A stretch of DNA of 64,000 bases from Candidatus Hydrogenedentota bacterium (GTDB taxonomy: Bacteria; Hydrogenedentota; Hydrogenedentia; Hydrogenedentales; SLHB01): positions 288,001-352,000 of the forward strand of contig CAVUWV010000001.1 in assembly GCA_963745075.1 (NCBI GenBank). The letters are read 5' to 3'. Numbering within the stretch: position 1 is the first letter of the stretch; each line of letters opens with the position of its first letter. Position numbers and translations under genes: made by a program. Below the pieces are notes generated by a model. The model was not told where the DNA came from and ran no database searches. It saw nothing but the letters and a program-made list of their open reading frames with translations. This document shows positions 12,516-22,241 of this stretch, one piece after another.

Positions 12516-14336
12516 TTGACAGACATAAGGATCCCATTCGTGCTGAATTCCAGCCTGACGCATACAAATCACGGTCACGTTTTGTCCATTCTCCTGCTCC
12601 TGATGATTGCCGGAACGGCTCTCGCCGCCGATCCCAATCCGCCGACCATCCATTCCAATCAGGGCGCCTGGCCGATCCGCCGCCAGTGGAACGTCGCGGA
12701 GACCCACCACTACGCCCAGTGGGTGGAAAACATTTACCGGATGAAGACCAAGGGCAACGTGGAACAGCGGACCGCGAAGCTGGAACGCATTCTCACCGAT
12801 CCCGAGATGAATCTGCTCGAACAGCCGGAGTTTGCGGGGGAGGGGAGCAATCCCCAACTGCCGAAGAGCACCATCCGTTTCCTGCACGCGGTCACCGACT
12901 GCGCCAAACTTACGCAGACGCTGCCGGCCTACTACGCGTACCGCCGCGCCTTGCCCTGGATGATGACCTACGTCACACCGGTGAAGGGCGATCCGCGCAT
13001 TTCGCCCAACAACATCCCCGTCGGGTATGAGAGCAGCTTCACCAGCTCCTCACCCGATGCCTTCTTCAAAGCGGCCGTGGGCGGCTACGGTTCGGGCAAC
13101 TACCGCGTGGAACCGAATAACAAAAATTCCCAGTGGTCCGACTCCGTACCCGTCGCCATCAATCGCGAATACCTGTTGCCCGGATGCATGAACTACACCG
13201 ACGGCCACTGCCTGATCCTGGGCGAGGTCGACAAGTATGGCGAATTGAAATTCCTCAATGCCAGCACCACCGTTACCAAGGACATCTTCACGTACAACGG
13301 CATGAATACCGTGGTCGGCGTAACGCCCTTGAACCGGGACGACCCCGTCCATCCCCTGGAAGGCTGTTTCCAGGGCCTCCGCGTGATGCGGTATCCCATT
13401 GCCGAAACGGACAGTTCGGGCCGTGTCATCAAGGTGCGCCGCCGTACCGACGAGGAAATGCAGGAGTTCGGCATGTCCATCGAGGAATACGCGAAGGTCG
13501 CCGACATGGTGAACGGTCAAAAGATCGTCGAAGACGGCTATACCCTGCAAAGTTTCCACGAGTTCATCCGGTACCGCATGAAGACCGTCGATCGGATCTG
13601 TCCCGCGCAATTCATAAAAGAGTACACGGATGAAATGCTGGACATGTGGAAGGCCCGCGAGGTCTTCGTGCAAGAGGCCTGGCAGGACGTCCAGAAGAAC
13701 GGGCACATTGTCTATCCCGAGGAACGGTCAGACGAGAATATCTTCCAGGCCAAAGGACGATGGGAGACGTGGAGTTCCCCTTCGTCCGACGTTGACCGCC
13801 GCACCAAGTATTTCTATCTCGCCGACTGGATGGACAATGCCATTCGCTGGTTCGAGTCCCAGCCCCAGTTGGTCGATCTCACCGGTTTCGAAAAATACGA
13901 CATCAAGACCTCTTCGGATTTGGCGCTCGCGATTGTGAAAGAAAAGAATCGCCTTTTTGCCGAGCGCTCCATACAGTACACGAATTCCGTGGGGGAAAAG
14001 GTCACCCTGACCTTGACCGATATCGAAAATCGGCTCTACGACCTTTCCTTCGATCCGAACCATCCCCCGGAACTGCGCTGGGGCGCGCCAAAGGATAGCG
14101 AGGAACGTGCTACGGCGAAAGACTCATATACCCCGGTACCGGACGGGACCAAGATCCCCATGGAAGAATCGTATTACCTGGAAACGTACTACCGGACCGT
14201 CTGCGAGCGCGAGACGGAGATCAGTTGCCTGCGGGGCATGTTCACCGTCGGGTTTCCGGTTCGGGACAAATTCAACGCCCAGCTCGCCAAATGGATGGAC
14301 GATTCCGTGAAGGTGGAACAACTGGCGGCGCGATAG
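12516..14336 (+). CDS. Secreted protein of unknown function, paralogue 1 (putative papain/NlpC-P60-like Cys-His enzyme)
   Basis: Signal-peptide-like N-terminus (true start may be later); colinear with the next ORF; motifs TDCAKL and DGHCLIL...FLNAS. Confidence 0.75.
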   Translation: MTDIRIPFVLNSSLTHTNHGHVLSILLLLMIAGTALAADPNPPTIHSNQGAWPIRRQWNVAETHHYAQWVENIYRMKTKGNVEQRTAKLERILTDPEMNLLEQPEFAGEGSNPQLPKSTIRFLHAVTDCAKLTQTLPAYYAYRRALPWMMTYVTPVKGDPRISPNNIPVGYESSFTSSSPDAFFKAAVGGYGSGNYRVEPNNKNSQWSDSVPVAINREYLLPGCMNYTDGHCLILGEVDKYGELKFLNASTTVTKDIFTYNGMNTVVGVTPLNRDDPVHPLEGCFQGLRVMRYPIAETDSSGRVIKVRRRTDEEMQEFGMSIEEYAKVADMVNGQKIVEDGYTLQSFHEFIRYRMKTVDRICPAQFIKEYTDEMLDMWKAREVFVQEAWQDVQKNGHIVYPEERSDENIFQAKGRWETWSSPSSDVDRRTKYFYLADWMDNAIRWFESQPQLVDLTGFEKYDIKTSSDLALAIVKEKNRLFAERSIQYTNSVGEKVTLTLTDIENRLYDLSFDPNHPPELRWGAPKDSEERATAKDSYTPVPDGTKIPMEESYYLETYYRTVCERETEISCLRGMFTVGFPVRDKFNAQLAKWMDDSVKVEQLAAR

Positions 14337-14475
14337 CGCCTTACGTTGTGTGCGGCGGTCCCGCGCACCACCATATTCGGTAGTAATCTAGGGTAATCTC
14401 TTGTCTTTTTGACGGTTTTCATTTACACTCGGATACAGGTTCGCGGATTCGAATTCATCGTCGGGGAACACACGC

Positions 14476-16365
14476 ATGTCGCATGCTGCACGCCTTATCG
14501 TTCTCACATGTTTTACTGGCCTGACCGCCTGCGCGGCGTTCGCCCAAACTGCCGACCCGAACCCGCCATCCATCCACAGTGACCATGGCGCCTGGCCCAT
14601 TTGCCGGCAATGGAATGTCGCCGAAACCCATCACTACGCGAAGTGGATCAATCACATCTACCAAATGAAAACCGAGGGAACCCCCGCCCAGCGCCGGGCC
14701 AAATTGGAGCGCGTCCTGACCGACCCCGAGATGAACCTGCTGCTGGACCCGGCGTTTGCGGGCGAACAGGCAAATCCGCAACTGGATCTCGGCGTCATCC
14801 GGGCCATGCACTCGATCTTGGATTGCGGCAAGTTGACGGTCGCGCTGTCCTCGTACTACTCGTATCGCCGGGGCCTTCCATGGTTGGTGTCGTACGTGCG
14901 GTCCAGCGGCGGGGACCTGCGAACCTCGGCCTACAACATCCCGATGGGCATCTACAGTTCGTTCGATTGCGATTCACCGGCGGAATTCTTTGTGAATGCC
15001 GTGACGGGCTTTTGCACCGGGAACTTCCGGGTCGAACCGTTCAACACGAACTCCGAGCTATCCGACACGGTGCCCGTCGCCATCGATCCCAAATACCTCA
15101 TTCCGGGCGCGCTCCAGTATCTCGACGGTCATGTGTTGATCCTGGCCGACGTAGACAAGCACGGCGAACTGCGTTTTATTGACGCGACCACCGCGGCGTC
15201 GCGCGACATCTACGCGTTTAACGGACTCAATGCGGTCATGGGAATTCCCGCGAAAAATTCCAACCGGTCCGGCAATGAATACGCGGGGTGCTTCCAAGGC
15301 CTTCGCGTTTTCCGGTACCCCATCGCGATCACCGACGAGACCGGGAAGGTGATCGGCGTGCGACGCCGCACCGACGACGAAATGAAAGCGTTCGGCTACT
15401 CGACCGAGCAGTACGATTACATCGAACGCATCGTGCGCCATGAGCCCATCGTCGAGAACGGCGTGGCGTTAACGAGTTTTCACGAGTTCATCGAGATGCG
15501 CATGCGGACTACGCAGCGCGTCGCGCCGGTCGAGTTTATCAAGTCGTATGCAGACGCGCTGCTGGACCTGTTCGCCATGCGCGAGACCTTCGTGCAGGAC
15601 GGCTGGCACAACGTCCTGGCCAACGGTCCCATCCCTTTTCCCGAGAAGAGCCGCACCGAGAATGTCTTCGACGCCGGCGGGCGCTGGGGCGCCTGGACCT
15701 CGGCGTCGTCGGACGTTGATTTGCGCACGCGCTACTACTACCTCGCGGACTGGATGGACAATGTCATCCGCTGGTACGAGCGTCAACCCGAATACGTGGA
15801 CTTGACGGGATTGGAGAAATACTACGTCGCGGATCAGGGCAATCTCGCCTACGCGCTCATGGCGGAGAAACGGCGTATTTTCAAAAGCCGAAAATTCACG
15901 TACACGAATTCGCAGGGCAACCCCGTGACCCTGACGCTCTACGACCTCGAAAAGCGATTGTACGACCTGTCCTTCGACCCGAATCAACCGCCCGAGCTGC
16001 GCTGGGGCGCCCCCATCGGCAGCGCGGAGTACCGAACGGCGCCTGAGATGTCCACGCCGCTTCCCGACGGCGGACAATTGGCCATGGCCGACGCGTACCG
16101 CCGGGAAGGGTACTACCGATCCCTCGGCCAGCGCGAGACGACCGAGAGCTATCTCCAGGACATGTTCACCTCAGGTTACCCCGTTCGAGAGAAATTCGAC
16201 GGCCAACTCGCCAAATGGACCAACATGGCGGAGCCTGTGCCGCCGCTCATTCCGTCCGGCGTGCGGATTGCCGAACTCCGCAAAGGCTGGGAGTCCCGGC
16301 AGCCCGGCCGCATTCGAGCCGCGTCCCGCGAAGGGCACTATCCGGCCGCCGCAACCGTGAACTGA
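14476..16365 (+). CDS. Secreted protein of unknown function, paralogue 2
   Basis: Signal peptide; shares ADPNPP.IHS, RQWNVAETHHYA.W, DC.KL, DGH.LIL and LYDLSFDPN.PPELRWGAP with paralogue 1. Confidence 0.75.
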   Translation: MSHAARLIVLTCFTGLTACAAFAQTADPNPPSIHSDHGAWPICRQWNVAETHHYAKWINHIYQMKTEGTPAQRRAKLERVLTDPEMNLLLDPAFAGEQANPQLDLGVIRAMHSILDCGKLTVALSSYYSYRRGLPWLVSYVRSSGGDLRTSAYNIPMGIYSSFDCDSPAEFFVNAVTGFCTGNFRVEPFNTNSELSDTVPVAIDPKYLIPGALQYLDGHVLILADVDKHGELRFIDATTAASRDIYAFNGLNAVMGIPAKNSNRSGNEYAGCFQGLRVFRYPIAITDETGKVIGVRRRTDDEMKAFGYSTEQYDYIERIVRHEPIVENGVALTSFHEFIEMRMRTTQRVAPVEFIKSYADALLDLFAMRETFVQDGWHNVLANGPIPFPEKSRTENVFDAGGRWGAWTSASSDVDLRTRYYYLADWMDNVIRWYERQPEYVDLTGLEKYYVADQGNLAYALMAEKRRIFKSRKFTYTNSQGNPVTLTLYDLEKRLYDLSFDPNQPPELRWGAPIGSAEYRTAPEMSTPLPDGGQLAMADAYRREGYYRSLGQRETTESYLQDMFTSGYPVREKFDGQLAKWTNMAEPVPPLIPSGVRIAELRKGWESRQPGRIRAASREGHYPAAATVN

Positions 16366-16524
16366 TTCCTGAGACGCGCGCCGGCGCGGCAATCCGAAGC
16401 GGTCGTCACCATTCCGCCATTGAAGATGCAACCGACAAGAGGCGCGGCTGCGATTGCTGCGCCGGAAGAGGAATGCAGACCTGGCCGAAAACCTGCAAAA
16501 ACACCAATCGATCCGGTCTCGCCG

Positions 16525-16560
16525 CTCCCCCTTTGAAGGGGGATTAAGGGGGATGTTCTT
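16525..16560. repeat. REP-like palindrome ctccccctttgaaggggga family, copy 1
   Basis: 35/36 identical to 57358-57393; a degenerate copy lies near 2079-2112. Confidence 0.75.
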
Positions 16561-16606
16561 CACACGTCTTGACTTCTATAGACCCTGTCATTGAAGGAGG
16601 AAACCC

Positions 16607-17635
16607 ATGCGCCGTGTTTTGGCCTGTACGCTGCTCCTGGTGCTGTGCGCTGCATGCGCCCACCATCCCATCGACCATGCATCGCCCCGCAGCCTCTTCC
16701 CGACGCCGTCGAACAGCAAGCCGCGACCCGATTACTTCAACCAGTCGTACGGGCCCTACGAGCGCAATGTGCTTGACCTGTGGCAAGCGAAGTCCGACCG
16801 GCCCACACCCGTCATGATCTTCTTCCACGGCGGAGGCTTCGTTGGCGGAGACAAGTGGACGCTCGCCCCTCAGTATCTCCAGGACTGCCTCGATGCTGGG
16901 ATTTCCGTGGCGAGTGCCAACTACCGATTGGCCACGCAGGCGCCGTATCCCGCGCCAATGCTCGACGGCGCACGGGCCGTGCAATACCTTCGGTATCGCG
17001 CGAAAGACTGGAACCTCGATCCCAAGCGCATCGCCGTCTCCGGCGACTCCGCCGGAGCAGGCATTTCGCTTTGGATCGCCTTTCACGACGACCTCCGTCA
17101 GCCATGGTCCAAGGATCGGGTCTTGCGCAAATCAACGCGGGTCACCTGCGCGTGCGTGTTCGGCGCCCAGTCCTTCTACGACCCGCGCGTCATACGCCGC
17201 GAAATCGGCGGACGTTCCTACGAGCACCCCGCGCTCACGTCTTTCTACGGAATCACCTTGCAGGAACTGGACACGCCGTCGGCGTACCGGCTTTACGAAG
17301 ATGCGTCCGCCATCAACCACGTAACCGCGGACGACCCGCCGGTCATCATGTATTACTACGAAGACTGGGCCAAGCCGGTGCCCGGTCCGAACCCGAACGC
17401 CACGCTGTACTTCCCGGACTTTGGAAAGCCCATCAAGGGCTACGGCCGCCCCGGCGAACGGATCCATCACCCGCGATTCGGCACGGCGTTGAAGGAAGTT
17501 CTCGACCCCCTGGGTATCGAATGCATCCTGCTCCACCGGAACGATTTCCCCGACCCGCGCAAAGCCGAGGACGCCGCCGGCACCGAAATGGTGAAATTCA
17601 TGCTCCGGCAGTTTGGAATGATCGACTCCGGGTAG
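16607..17635 (+). CDS. Exported alpha/beta hydrolase (esterase/lipase, HGGG class)
   Basis: Signal or lipoprotein-like N-terminus, FFHGGGF, ANYRL and nucleophile elbow GDSAG; RBS AAGGAGG. Confidence 0.88.
   Translation: MRRVLACTLLLVLCAACAHHPIDHASPRSLFPTPSNSKPRPDYFNQSYGPYERNVLDLWQAKSDRPTPVMIFFHGGGFVGGDKWTLAPQYLQDCLDAGISVASANYRLATQAPYPAPMLDGARAVQYLRYRAKDWNLDPKRIAVSGDSAGAGISLWIAFHDDLRQPWSKDRVLRKSTRVTCACVFGAQSFYDPRVIRREIGGRSYEHPALTSFYGITLQELDTPSAYRLYEDASAINHVTADDPPVIMYYYEDWAKPVPGPNPNATLYFPDFGKPIKGYGRPGERIHHPRFGTALKEVLDPLGIECILLHRNDFPDPRKAEDAAGTEMVKFMLRQFGMIDSG
17584..17614 (+). repeat. 31-bp direct repeat, left copy, inside the hydrolase 3' end
   Basis: cgaaatggtgaaattcatgctccggcagttt; 30/31 identical to 26109-26139. 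Confidence 0.85.
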
Positions 17636-17823
17636 GCCCCGTTCCCAGGCGTTAATCCGTTGCCAGTCGGTGGCTTATCGCACGGGACATGGGGGCCGCT
17701 ATCACCTTCCTTTCGCAGAATAATCCTGTTTCGATTATCAGCATTCTCTGCTAGAATATCAGACGGGTGCGTATACTCATTTTCAAGCCGAACTGATAGG
17801 CGTGTCGGCGACAACAATGTAGC

Positions 17824-18411
17824 ATGAGCGATATGACCCAAGTTCTTTCTCACATTGCATCGGGGGATCCGACTGCATCTGACCAACTCCTGCCCCTCGT
17901 CTACGCGGAACTGCGCCGTCTGGCCCGCGCGAGGCTCGCCCGGGAGCGGCCCGGGCATACCCTCCAGGCGACCGAGTTGGTGCACGAAGCCTACCTTCGA
18001 TTGGTGAACGTGGAGGATGCCGTACATTGGGACTCAAGGGGGCACTTCTTTGCCGCGGCTGCCGAAGCGATGCGCCGTATCCTGGTCGATCATGCACGCC
18101 GTAAGCAGCGGTTGAAGCACGGCCGGGGCCTTGAGCGTGTGGAGGGGGACAAAGTCGCTGCTCCGCAGCACGATTCGAGCGACGACCTCCTGAGCCTGGA
18201 CGAGGCGCTTGCCAAATTTGCGGCTGCGGACCCGAAGAAGGCGGAGTTGGTAAAGCTGCGGTTCTTTGCGGGGATGACCATTCCCGAAGCTGCGGAAATT
18301 CTCCACATCTCGCATGCCACGGCCGAACGATACTGGACTTACGCGCGCGCCTGGCTTTTCAGCGAACTCGGAGGTGGCGGGCGTCCGGAGGGGGAATCGG
18401 AGCACCACTGA
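17824..18411 (+). CDS. ECF sigma factor, TIGR02999-like kinase-associated type
   Basis: LLPLVYAELRRLA, HTLQATELVHEAYLRL, HFFAAAAEAMRRILVDHAR and LVKLRFFAG. Confidence 0.93.
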   Translation: MSDMTQVLSHIASGDPTASDQLLPLVYAELRRLARARLARERPGHTLQATELVHEAYLRLVNVEDAVHWDSRGHFFAAAAEAMRRILVDHARRKQRLKHGRGLERVEGDKVAAPQHDSSDDLLSLDEALAKFAAADPKKAELVKLRFFAGMTIPEAAEILHISHATAERYWTYARAWLFSELGGGGRPEGESEHH

Positions 18412-18474
18412 GGGGATTGGCGTCAATTCAGCGCATTATGTGTTGCCGGGCAATTTGAGGGGGGCCCGGGGACG

Positions 18475-21400
18475 ATGTCATCAGAAGATTCACACGTCGA
18501 GACCATCTTCTTCGCCGTACTCGAACGCCCTGAACCCGAGCGTGCAGCCTACCTGAGGGAAATGTGCGGCGCGGACACCGCCCTGCGACTCCGGGTCGAG
18601 GACTTGCTTCAGGCCCAGGCGCACCTGCAGGACTTCATGGAAACGCCCGCGGCAGACGGTATGCCCTTGGCCGATGTCGTGGACGCCGCCGACATACCCG
18701 CGTCCGCCGAAGAACCCGGCACCGTCATCGATCGCTACACCCTGCTCGAAGTGATTGGCGAAGGCGGCTTCGGCGTCGTCTATCTGGCCTCCCAAACGGA
18801 ACCCATTCGGCGGCTGGTCGCGTTGAAAATCATCAAGCCGGGGATGGACACCAAGGAGGTCATTGCCCGGTTCGAAGTGGAACGGCAAGCCCTCGCCCTC
18901 ATGGACCATCCGAATATCGCCCGCGTACTGGACGCGGGGACGACCGCCTCGGGCCGGCCGTATTTCGCCATGGACCTCGTCGAGGGGGTCGGGATCACCG
19001 AGTATTGCGACCAGTGCAATCTCGCCACGCACCAGCGTCTTGAACTCTTCATTCAGGTCTGCCGCGCCGTTCAGCACGCCCACCACAAAGGGGTCATCCA
19101 CCGCGACCTGAAACCCTCCAACATCCTAATCGCGATGCAGGACGGTCGCCCGGTTCCAAAGATCATCGACTTCGGCGTCGCCAAGGCCCTCAATCAGCGG
19201 CTCACCGAGCAGTCTCTCTTGACGGCCGGCACGGAGGTTCTCGGCACCCCCCTGTATATGAGCCCGGAACAGGCCGAACAACGGCCGCAGGATGTGGACA
19301 CGCGTAGCGACATCTATTCGCTGGGGGTACTCCTGTATGAACTACTCACCGGTACAACGCCATTGACGAAAGAGCAGGCGAAAGAGGCGAACTACGACGA
19401 ACTTCGACAGCTGATCCGCGAGGAACAACCGCCGACGCCCAGTTCACGCATCAGCACACTCGGAGCGACCGCACCGATAGTCGCTGAACGGCGCCGGACC
19501 GACCCGCGCAGTCTCTGGCAAATGGTCCACGGCGACCTCGACTGGGTTGTGATGAAAGCCTTGGAAAAAGACCCCGTCCGGCGCTACCAGACAGCCAATG
19601 CCTTGGCCGCCGATGTAGAGCGTTATCTTGACAGCATGCCCGTTGAAGCGCGTCCCCCTTCAGTCTGGTACCGGTTCCGCAAGTTCACACAGCGCAACAG
19701 CGGCGTGCTAAGCGCCGCCGTCGCCATTCTGATGACCGTCCTCATCGGGCTGACGGCGAGCACCATATTGGTCGTGCAGCAACGCAATATCGCGCGGGCG
19801 CAAGCCGCCCGGGCCAGCGCCGCCGCGGTGCGCGAAAGCGAGGCGGCGGATCGTGCCGAGTCGGCGGCCACCGAAGCCCATCGGGAACGGGAGCAGGCCC
19901 TACAAGCCCGCAATGTCGCGCTGGAAAACCTCTACTACGCGGACATGCACCTAGCGCTGCAAGACTGGTATGCGGGGAACATCGACCGCATGCGCGAAAT
20001 TGTCGATGCGCATGTCCCTAAACCGGAGGAGCCGGATCTCCGGGGTTGGGAGTGGTATTACCTTTCCGCGCTGTGCCATGCCGACACAGATACTCTTCGA
20101 GGGCACACTGCATCCGTGAACTCGATCGCCATGAGTCCAGACGGCAGCCGGTTGGCCTCCGCCAGCGCCGACGGCACCGTCCGTATATGGGACGTGGCAA
20201 CAGGACGTGAACTCGAGGACCAGCGTCTGCGCGAGGCTGGGGCGAGCTTTGTGGCGTGGCTCCCCGGCGGCAACACAGCCGTCGCGACCGCCGGAAGTGG
20301 GCGGGCCAACATCTGGGACCTGACCACAGGCGCCCCCCGCCAGGTTTTGGACTGTAAGCAGCATGTGCCCTGCATGGCTTTGAGTCCGAGCGGGCAGTAT
20401 CTGGCCGTCGCCGTTACCAAAGTTGGTGGAGAAATCAGTACAACTGCGACGGGACGTATATACATCTGGGACACGACCTCCGGCAAGCGCGTGCAGGATT
20501 TGGTGGGGAATGGTGCAATGGTCTGCTCTATGGCCTGGAGTCCCGAAGGCCATTACCTCGCCGTCGGCAGGAATTGGCCGGGATTCGTCGAGATCTGGGA
20601 ACCCACCACGTGGGAGCGGGTTGACTACACGCAGGTGCACGGCCACGGGGTCGGTGCCGTGGCCTGGAGTCCCGATGGCCGGTATTTAGCGTCAAGTAGC
20701 AATGATCAGACGATTAGCGTTCGGGAAGCCGGCACCTGGAAAACCCTCTACACGATTTCCGGGGCGCACCGGGGCGTCATCAATGCCCTGTGCTGGAGCG
20801 GCGACAGCACCCAGATCATGTCCGGAGGCGACGACGGGCTGTTGAAGATTTGGGATGGAGCGACGGGTCGTGCAGTGACTACCGTGCCTGCTCGGCAGCG
20901 TCCCATCAACTGTATCGTTTGGGATGACCAAAACCACGCCTTCTTGTATTCCGGCACTGAGGCCTGGATCGGCCGCTGCGACCCGGCAGTTGAACGCGAG
21001 AGCCGCACCGTCGCGGGTCGGGAATACCTCGGCTGGAGCCCCGACGGCAAGCTATTTGCCGCGTGGGGACCAGACCGGAATCCCGACACTCGAACCATAG
21101 ACGTTTTCGACGCCACGACAGGCCAGCGTCAGTTCAGTCTGCCGAACCATAGTCCAGGCGGCGTAGGCTTGGAATGGAGTCCGGATGGAACCAGATTAGC
21201 CGTAAACCACATGGGCGTGGTTGTGTGGGATCTGTCCACGCGGGAAAAATCTTTCCACGCGTTAGAGCGCGCCAGTCCCCGAGCTTCCGCGTGGCGGCCG
21301 GACGGGCGCGTGTTGGCGGTGGCCGGCCTGGACAATATCGTATATCTCCTCGACGCGATTTCGGGAACAACGCTGCACGAACTCCGCGGCCACACCATAG

Positions 21401-21900
21401 GCGTCACGGCGATCGTGTGGAAGCCGGACGGATCACTGATCGCATCGGGCGGGTGGACCGACGAAGTCAAGGTTTGGGATCCGGAGACGGGGCGGCTGGT
21501 GCTCGACCTGAAACGGCCGCACGTCGGCGCGGACGGCCACCACGGCGTCTGCTGGAGCCCTTCCGGAGACCGGTTGGCTTCCGGATGCTCGAATGGGGAA
21601 ATCCTGCTCTGGGACGCGGCGACCGGCGAAGAGCTGCACCGTTTACGAGGCCACACGTCAATGGTTCGGACGATTGCCTGGAGCCCGGACGGCACCCGCC
21701 TTGCCAGTGGAGGCTACGACCGCTACGTCAAGATCTGGGACCCGGCGACCGGCAGGGAGATGCTCAGTTTGCCCGGGCACGAAAGCTCGATCGATTCCAT
21801 AGCCTGGAGCCCGGATGGTCGGCAACTCGCCACTGGCGACATCCTAAAGCTTCGTATATGGGATGCTTCCGCCGGATATCAGTTGGCTAAGGAAAAGTAA
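18475..21900 (+). CDS. Ser/Thr protein kinase with hydrophobic segment and C-terminal WD40 repeats
   Basis: GEGGFG, VALK, HRDLKPSN, DFG and GTPLYMSPE; hydrophobic stretch near aa 411-434; many GH...WSPDG...WD repeats. Confidence 0.95.
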   Translation: MSSEDSHVETIFFAVLERPEPERAAYLREMCGADTALRLRVEDLLQAQAHLQDFMETPAADGMPLADVVDAADIPASAEEPGTVIDRYTLLEVIGEGGFGVVYLASQTEPIRRLVALKIIKPGMDTKEVIARFEVERQALALMDHPNIARVLDAGTTASGRPYFAMDLVEGVGITEYCDQCNLATHQRLELFIQVCRAVQHAHHKGVIHRDLKPSNILIAMQDGRPVPKIIDFGVAKALNQRLTEQSLLTAGTEVLGTPLYMSPEQAEQRPQDVDTRSDIYSLGVLLYELLTGTTPLTKEQAKEANYDELRQLIREEQPPTPSSRISTLGATAPIVAERRRTDPRSLWQMVHGDLDWVVMKALEKDPVRRYQTANALAADVERYLDSMPVEARPPSVWYRFRKFTQRNSGVLSAAVAILMTVLIGLTASTILVVQQRNIARAQAARASAAAVRESEAADRAESAATEAHREREQALQARNVALENLYYADMHLALQDWYAGNIDRMREIVDAHVPKPEEPDLRGWEWYYLSALCHADTDTLRGHTASVNSIAMSPDGSRLASASADGTVRIWDVATGRELEDQRLREAGASFVAWLPGGNTAVATAGSGRANIWDLTTGAPRQVLDCKQHVPCMALSPSGQYLAVAVTKVGGEISTTATGRIYIWDTTSGKRVQDLVGNGAMVCSMAWSPEGHYLAVGRNWPGFVEIWEPTTWERVDYTQVHGHGVGAVAWSPDGRYLASSSNDQTISVREAGTWKTLYTISGAHRGVINALCWSGDSTQIMSGGDDGLLKIWDGATGRAVTTVPARQRPINCIVWDDQNHAFLYSGTEAWIGRCDPAVERESRTVAGREYLGWSPDGKLFAAWGPDRNPDTRTIDVFDATTGQRQFSLPNHSPGGVGLEWSPDGTRLAVNHMGVVVWDLSTREKSFHALERASPRASAWRPDGRVLAVAGLDNIVYLLDAISGTTLHELRGHTIGVTAIVWKPDGSLIASGGWTDEVKVWDPETGRLVLDLKRPHVGADGHHGVCWSPSGDRLASGCSNGEILLWDAATGEELHRLRGHTSMVRTIAWSPDGTRLASGGYDRYVKIWDPATGREMLSLPGHESSIDSIAWSPDGRQLATGDILKLRIWDASAGYQLAKEK

Positions 21901-21937
21901 AGTGTGCTACCCGCGTTTCCGCGCGGTCACAAAATAG

Positions 21938-21983
21938 AAAAAGGCCGGTGAGTCCAAGGCCGCCAAGCAAAGCACTCACCGGC
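21938..21983. terminator. Hairpin (10-bp stem gccggtgagt/actcaccggc) with upstream A-run
   Basis: Perfect inverted repeat just after the kinase stop. The U-tail would be on the minus strand and the loop is 20 nt, so function is uncertain. Confidence 0.35.
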
Positions 21984-22241
21984 GCGGCCCAGCCCGGGCG
22001 CACATGCGCGCACCCGGCCCGAGGGCTTTGTACGTTCAGCGTAGCGCAGATGGGCCATTTCCTCAAGGAGAAAGGAAGACAGGAAAGAGTTTGAGACAAG
22101 ACTCGAACAGGCCGCTCTGCGTTCCATTTGATGATCCAGTTTACAGGAGTACCGATGGTTCGGAACTCACCCGATACTGCCATGCGTGGCAGCTTGCTCG
22201 ACGGCGGATAATCCGCGCCGAGACAAGAAAGGAGTAGGGAA

